Shown: positions 14,857 to 16,481 of the stretch, piece after piece
Position numbering within the stretch: position 1 is the stretch's first letter
Layout: every line of letters starts with the position of its first letter
Assembly (NCBI GenBank): GCA_964558645.1
Contig: CAZLEV010000009.1
Coordinates: forward strand, 91,668-108,148
Direction: 5' to 3'
DNA: 16,481 bases
Origin: an uncultured archaeon
Lineage (GTDB): Archaea > Asgardarchaeota > Thorarchaeia > Thorarchaeales > Thorarchaeaceae
Program-made: the position numbers and the translations under genes
Notes under the pieces: model-generated
The model's input: the letters and a program-made list of their open reading frames with translations, nothing else
Database searches by the model: none
What the model was told of the DNA's origin: nothing

Positions 14857-16481
14857 TCATGAGTTCGCGTAAACGCTCCCCGGTGGTACCCTTCTGCGGT
14901 ATCTCAGGAGGATGACGACGGCAACGACAGCCTCCACGCCGATGATTCCAAGGAAGACCACGAAGAGAGTGGTCAAAGACCCATCTGGTGGTTCAGTGGT
15001 CGTGGTGGTGGTCTGCGCTGTCACGATGACAAACACGGTATCTGTCGCCTGGTTTCCGAAGATGTCCGATACCACGAGGGTGTAGTTGTACACTCCCGCA
15101 CTGAGCCCATCCACACTGATGCTGATGGGGCTCCCGTTCCAGCTGGCGGCGGCCACCTGTGTGCCGTTCCGGTAGATCACATAGGAAGAGGGATGGTCGT
15201 CAGATGGAGTCCATTGGAGGGTGTGCCCGGTGGTCCCCTCCTCGTACTGGATATCTGCGGGATGACTCACTGTTGGGGGAACCGACTCATAGACAGCGGG
15301 GTGGTGGTCGATGGCCCCCGCAGTTCCCGGGATAGGGTACACGCCGGTCCCGCTGTAGTCGGACCAGTAGTTACCCCTCCCCGTGGTGTTCCAGTGGTTG
15401 TTGGTCCCGTTATCGTATGCATTCACAGTGTTGTATGCAAGCATGTTGGAGTGGATGCGGTTGCCGTGTGTGTATCTTCCACAGCTCACGCCGTATGCCC
15501 CGTTTTCCTTGATGGTGTTGTGTGTGAGGATATTGTCCGGACCACCAACCAGAGCGATGCCGTCTTCCAAGTTGGATACAATTGAGTTGTTCGATATGGA
15601 GTTCTCCCATCCGAACGTGAGATAGATGCCATTGTGACCGTTGGCAGCGATGGCGTTATGTGCTATAGTTGAACCAACTTGATCAACGTAGATGCCATCA
15701 CCTGCGTTCTCACGTATCACATTGTGTGTGATGGTATTATTGGGAGAGAAGAGGTGCATACCATCACCGAGATTCTCCGATACGTCATTATACTGTAGTG
15801 TGGTGTTTCTGCAGGAGTCAAGGAATACGCCATCACCAGAGTTTCTCAAGATGACATTCTGCACGATGGTGTTATTTCTACACTCGTCCAGCAGGATTCC
15901 CCCCTTGGAATTATCCGATAGTGAGTTCTGGACTAGGTCAACACCGTTGGACCGGTATAGATACATACCGTGCAATGAGCTGTATCGGACGGTATTGTTG
16001 GTGATAGAGCAGCCTGATGAGAAGCCGAGGACGATTCCGGGTGATACGTTCTTGAAGACACCATCTCGCACGGTAATCCCACTGCAGTTGGCCAGGATCA
16101 CCTGACCATACTGGGAGCCCTCGATGGTATGTCCTGTTTGGTTCCAGAAGTATCCCAGGGGCTTTCCGTTGACCAGGTTGTCCATCGTGATGTTCTGCTG
16201 CCAATGAGATACAGACCCGCTAATGAACATAGCATTGTCCACCAGGGTGTTTGAGGACACTGTGGTGTTGGGTGAGGAGCTAAGGTAGATCCCACATTCG
16301 GCGTTATCTTCGAGCGTGTTGTTGAGAATAGTGCATGCTGTAGACCCAAAGAGGTGTATTCCATTGGTTGAGCCATCAGCGATTGTGTTGTTCACAGTAG
16401 TACACGATGACGAATGCCCAATGAGTATTCCGGGTGATACGTTCTTGAAGACACCATCTCGCACGGTAATCCCACTGCAGT
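14857..16481 (-). CDS. Large membrane-anchored beta-helix (NosD/PbH1-like) surface protein with Ig-like domain, Thr linker and C-terminal TM (5'-truncated by the window edge)
   Basis: The frame stays open to the window end. It has many ~22-23-aa Asn-rich repeats, VNGKPLGYF...YGQVILANC, GNYWSDY...IPGTAGAIDHHP, an Ig-like domain, TTTTTT, a TM segment and RYRRR. Confidence 0.9.
   Translation of the reverse strand, partial: CSGITVRDGVFKNVSPGILIGHSSSCTTVNNTIADGSTNGIHLFGSTACTILNNTLEDNAECGIYLSSSPNTTVSSNTLVDNAMFISGSVSHWQQNITMDNLVNGKPLGYFWNQTGHTIEGSQYGQVILANCSGITVRDGVFKNVSPGIVLGFSSGCSITNNTVRYSSLHGMYLYRSNGVDLVQNSLSDNSKGGILLDECRNNTIVQNVILRNSGDGVFLDSCRNTTLQYNDVSENLGDGMHLFSPNNTITHNVIRENAGDGIYVDQVGSTIAHNAIAANGHNGIYLTFGWENSISNNSIVSNLEDGIALVGGPDNILTHNTIKENGAYGVSCGRYTHGNRIHSNMLAYNTVNAYDNGTNNHWNTTGRGNYWSDYSGTGVYPIPGTAGAIDHHPAVYESVPPTVSHPADIQYEEGTTGHTLQWTPSDDHPSSYVIYRNGTQVAAASWNGSPISISVDGLSAGVYNYTLVVSDIFGNQATDTVFVIVTAQTTTTTTEPPDGSLTTLFVVFLGIIGVEAVVAVVILLRYRRRVPPGSVYANS
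16034..16088. repeat. Exact 55-bp direct repeat, copy 1 (copy 2 at 16427-16481)
   Basis: ATTCCGGGTGATACGTTCTTGAAGACACCATCTCGCACGGTAATCCCACTGCAGT is identical at both positions. The offset is 393 nt (131 codons), so the copies are in frame. Confidence 0.97.
16427..16481. repeat. Exact 55-bp direct repeat, copy 2, running to the window end
   Basis: Identical to 16034-16088. It encodes CSGITVRDGVFKNVSPGI on the minus strand. Confidence 0.97.

Noticed and set aside
14857-14900. Tyrosine-motif-like cytoplasmic tail (SVYANS)
   Set aside because: It is too short to distinguish from chance and is absent from the paralog.
15480-16481. Diversity-generating retroelement or CRISPR explanation for the repeats
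   Set aside because: There is no reverse transcriptase, no TR/VR pair with adenine-specific mismatches, and no repeat-spacer periodicity. The repeats are coding beta-helix coils.

Overview
This is a gene-dense archaeal window. It is most consistent with an Asgard archaeon, probably Thorarchaeia; this is inferred from a Rab-like GTPase, archaeal porCDAB and iorAB, TTG starts with GGTG(A)-type Shine-Dalgarno motifs, and paralogous beta-helix/Ig/TM surface proteins. In order, it contains: 5'-truncated iorA and iorB; a stand-alone 790-aa protein made of a 7-bladed FG-GAP/WD-like beta-propeller, an Ig-like sandwich, an acidic linker and a C-terminal Rab-like GTPase (the most interesting element); a NitT/TauT ABC importer whose ATPase gene is convergent with the permease and binding-protein genes; an Alba/SpoVS-fold protein; a 2-TM putative Zn-binding protein; a beta-helix surface protein; a porCDAB operon with a terminator; a GDPD; two unannotated paralogous Cys-rich micro-ORFs followed by a long hairpin; and a second, 5'-truncated, compositionally mosaic beta-helix surface protein with an exact 55-bp internal repeat that runs to the window end. 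No rRNA, tRNA, CRISPR array or mobile element was recognised. All homology statements come from motif recognition, not from database searches.
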